From: Eledone cirrhosa
Lineage: Eukaryota
Reading direction: 5' to 3'
DNA: 64,000 bases
Assembly: GCA_964016885.1 (NCBI GenBank)
Contig: CAXHJY010000132.1
Coordinates: 62,001 to 126,000 of the forward strand
The translations under genes were made by a program, and so were the position numbers. The notes under the pieces were generated by a model. It did not search any database and had not been told where the DNA came from. It saw only the letters and a list, made by a program, of their open reading frames with translations. Shown here one piece after another: positions 63,761 to 64,000 of the stretch (within the stretch, counting starts at the first letter, position 1; each line of letters starts with the position of its first letter).

Positions 63761-64000
63761 TATCTTTCTCTACCTTGTCTTCCCCCAAAACTTCGTTCTT
63801 CACAAGCTATCCTTCTCTACCTTGTCTTCCCTCAAAACTTCGTTCTTGATCAAGCTACATTTCTATACCTTGTCTTCCATCAAAACTTCGTTCTTCACCA
63901 AGCTATCTTTCTCTACCTTGTCTTCCCTCAAAACTTCGTTCTTCACCAAGCTATCTTTCTCTATCTTGTCTTCCCTCAAAACTCCGTTCTACATCAAGCT

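Larger units (their letters stand above)
1..64000. repeat. 48-bp tandem satellite array, single orientation, running off both window ends
   Basis: Consensus AAAACTTCGTTCTTCACCAAGCTATCTTTCTCTACCTTGTCTTCCCTC recurs head-to-tail on every line. Most monomers differ from it by a few substitutions at most. Length variants are mainly 52 and 47 bp. The ORF track shows a 16-aa period in all open frames. Confidence 0.99.

Noticed and set aside
1-64000. CRISPR array or other repeat-spacer cassette system
   Set aside because: Monomers abut directly with no unique spacers, no palindromic repeat, no leader, and no cas or recombinase genes.
1-64000. Nucleosome phasing or intrinsic curvature (3x48=144, 4x48=192; one A4 tract per unit)
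   Set aside because: I saw no trimer or tetramer periodicity among variants. A-tracts 48 bp apart are not in helical phase.
1-64000. Sequencing or assembly artefact (concatemer)
   Set aside because: Variants are shared hierarchically between blocks at exact offsets and change regionally, which random error on one template would not produce. Exact copy numbers still need read support.
1-64000. Telomeric repeat, rDNA spacer or transposon-internal repeat
   Set aside because: The unit does not resemble short telomerase repeats, and no rRNA, terminal repeat or transposase sequence is present to support the others.

Overview
The whole 64-kb window is one uninterrupted head-to-tail tandem array (satellite DNA) of a 48-bp monomer, consensus 5'-AAAACTTCGTTCTTCACCAAGCTATCTTTCTCTACCTTGTCTTCCCTC-3' (about 1,330 copies; consensus 42% GC and 75% pyrimidine on +). 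I saw no unique sequence, inversion, inserted transposon, RNA gene or credible protein-coding gene. All listed ORFs are translations of the repeat: 48 is a multiple of 3 and the consensus has no stop in 4 of 6 frames. The structure of interest is hierarchical. (1) The monomer itself looks like 18+18+12-bp subunits. (2) A recurring ordered cassette of variant monomers includes a 52-bp + 47-bp pair and gives 48n+3 spacings. (3) Nested near-perfect segmental duplications have offsets from 244 bp to 13.2 kb. (4) The variant spectrum changes at about 37.8-42.3 kb. The only open minus-strand frame reads (REDKVEKDSLVKNEVL)n with codon-like periodicity, so the satellite may derive from a protein-coding repeat, but recurrent stops and frameshifts show it is not an intact gene here. 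The architecture is typical of eukaryotic heterochromatic or centromeric satellite. Organism and function cannot be determined from this sequence, and I cannot support a claim of a new gene system. Coordinates and counts were read by eye and block boundaries are approximate.
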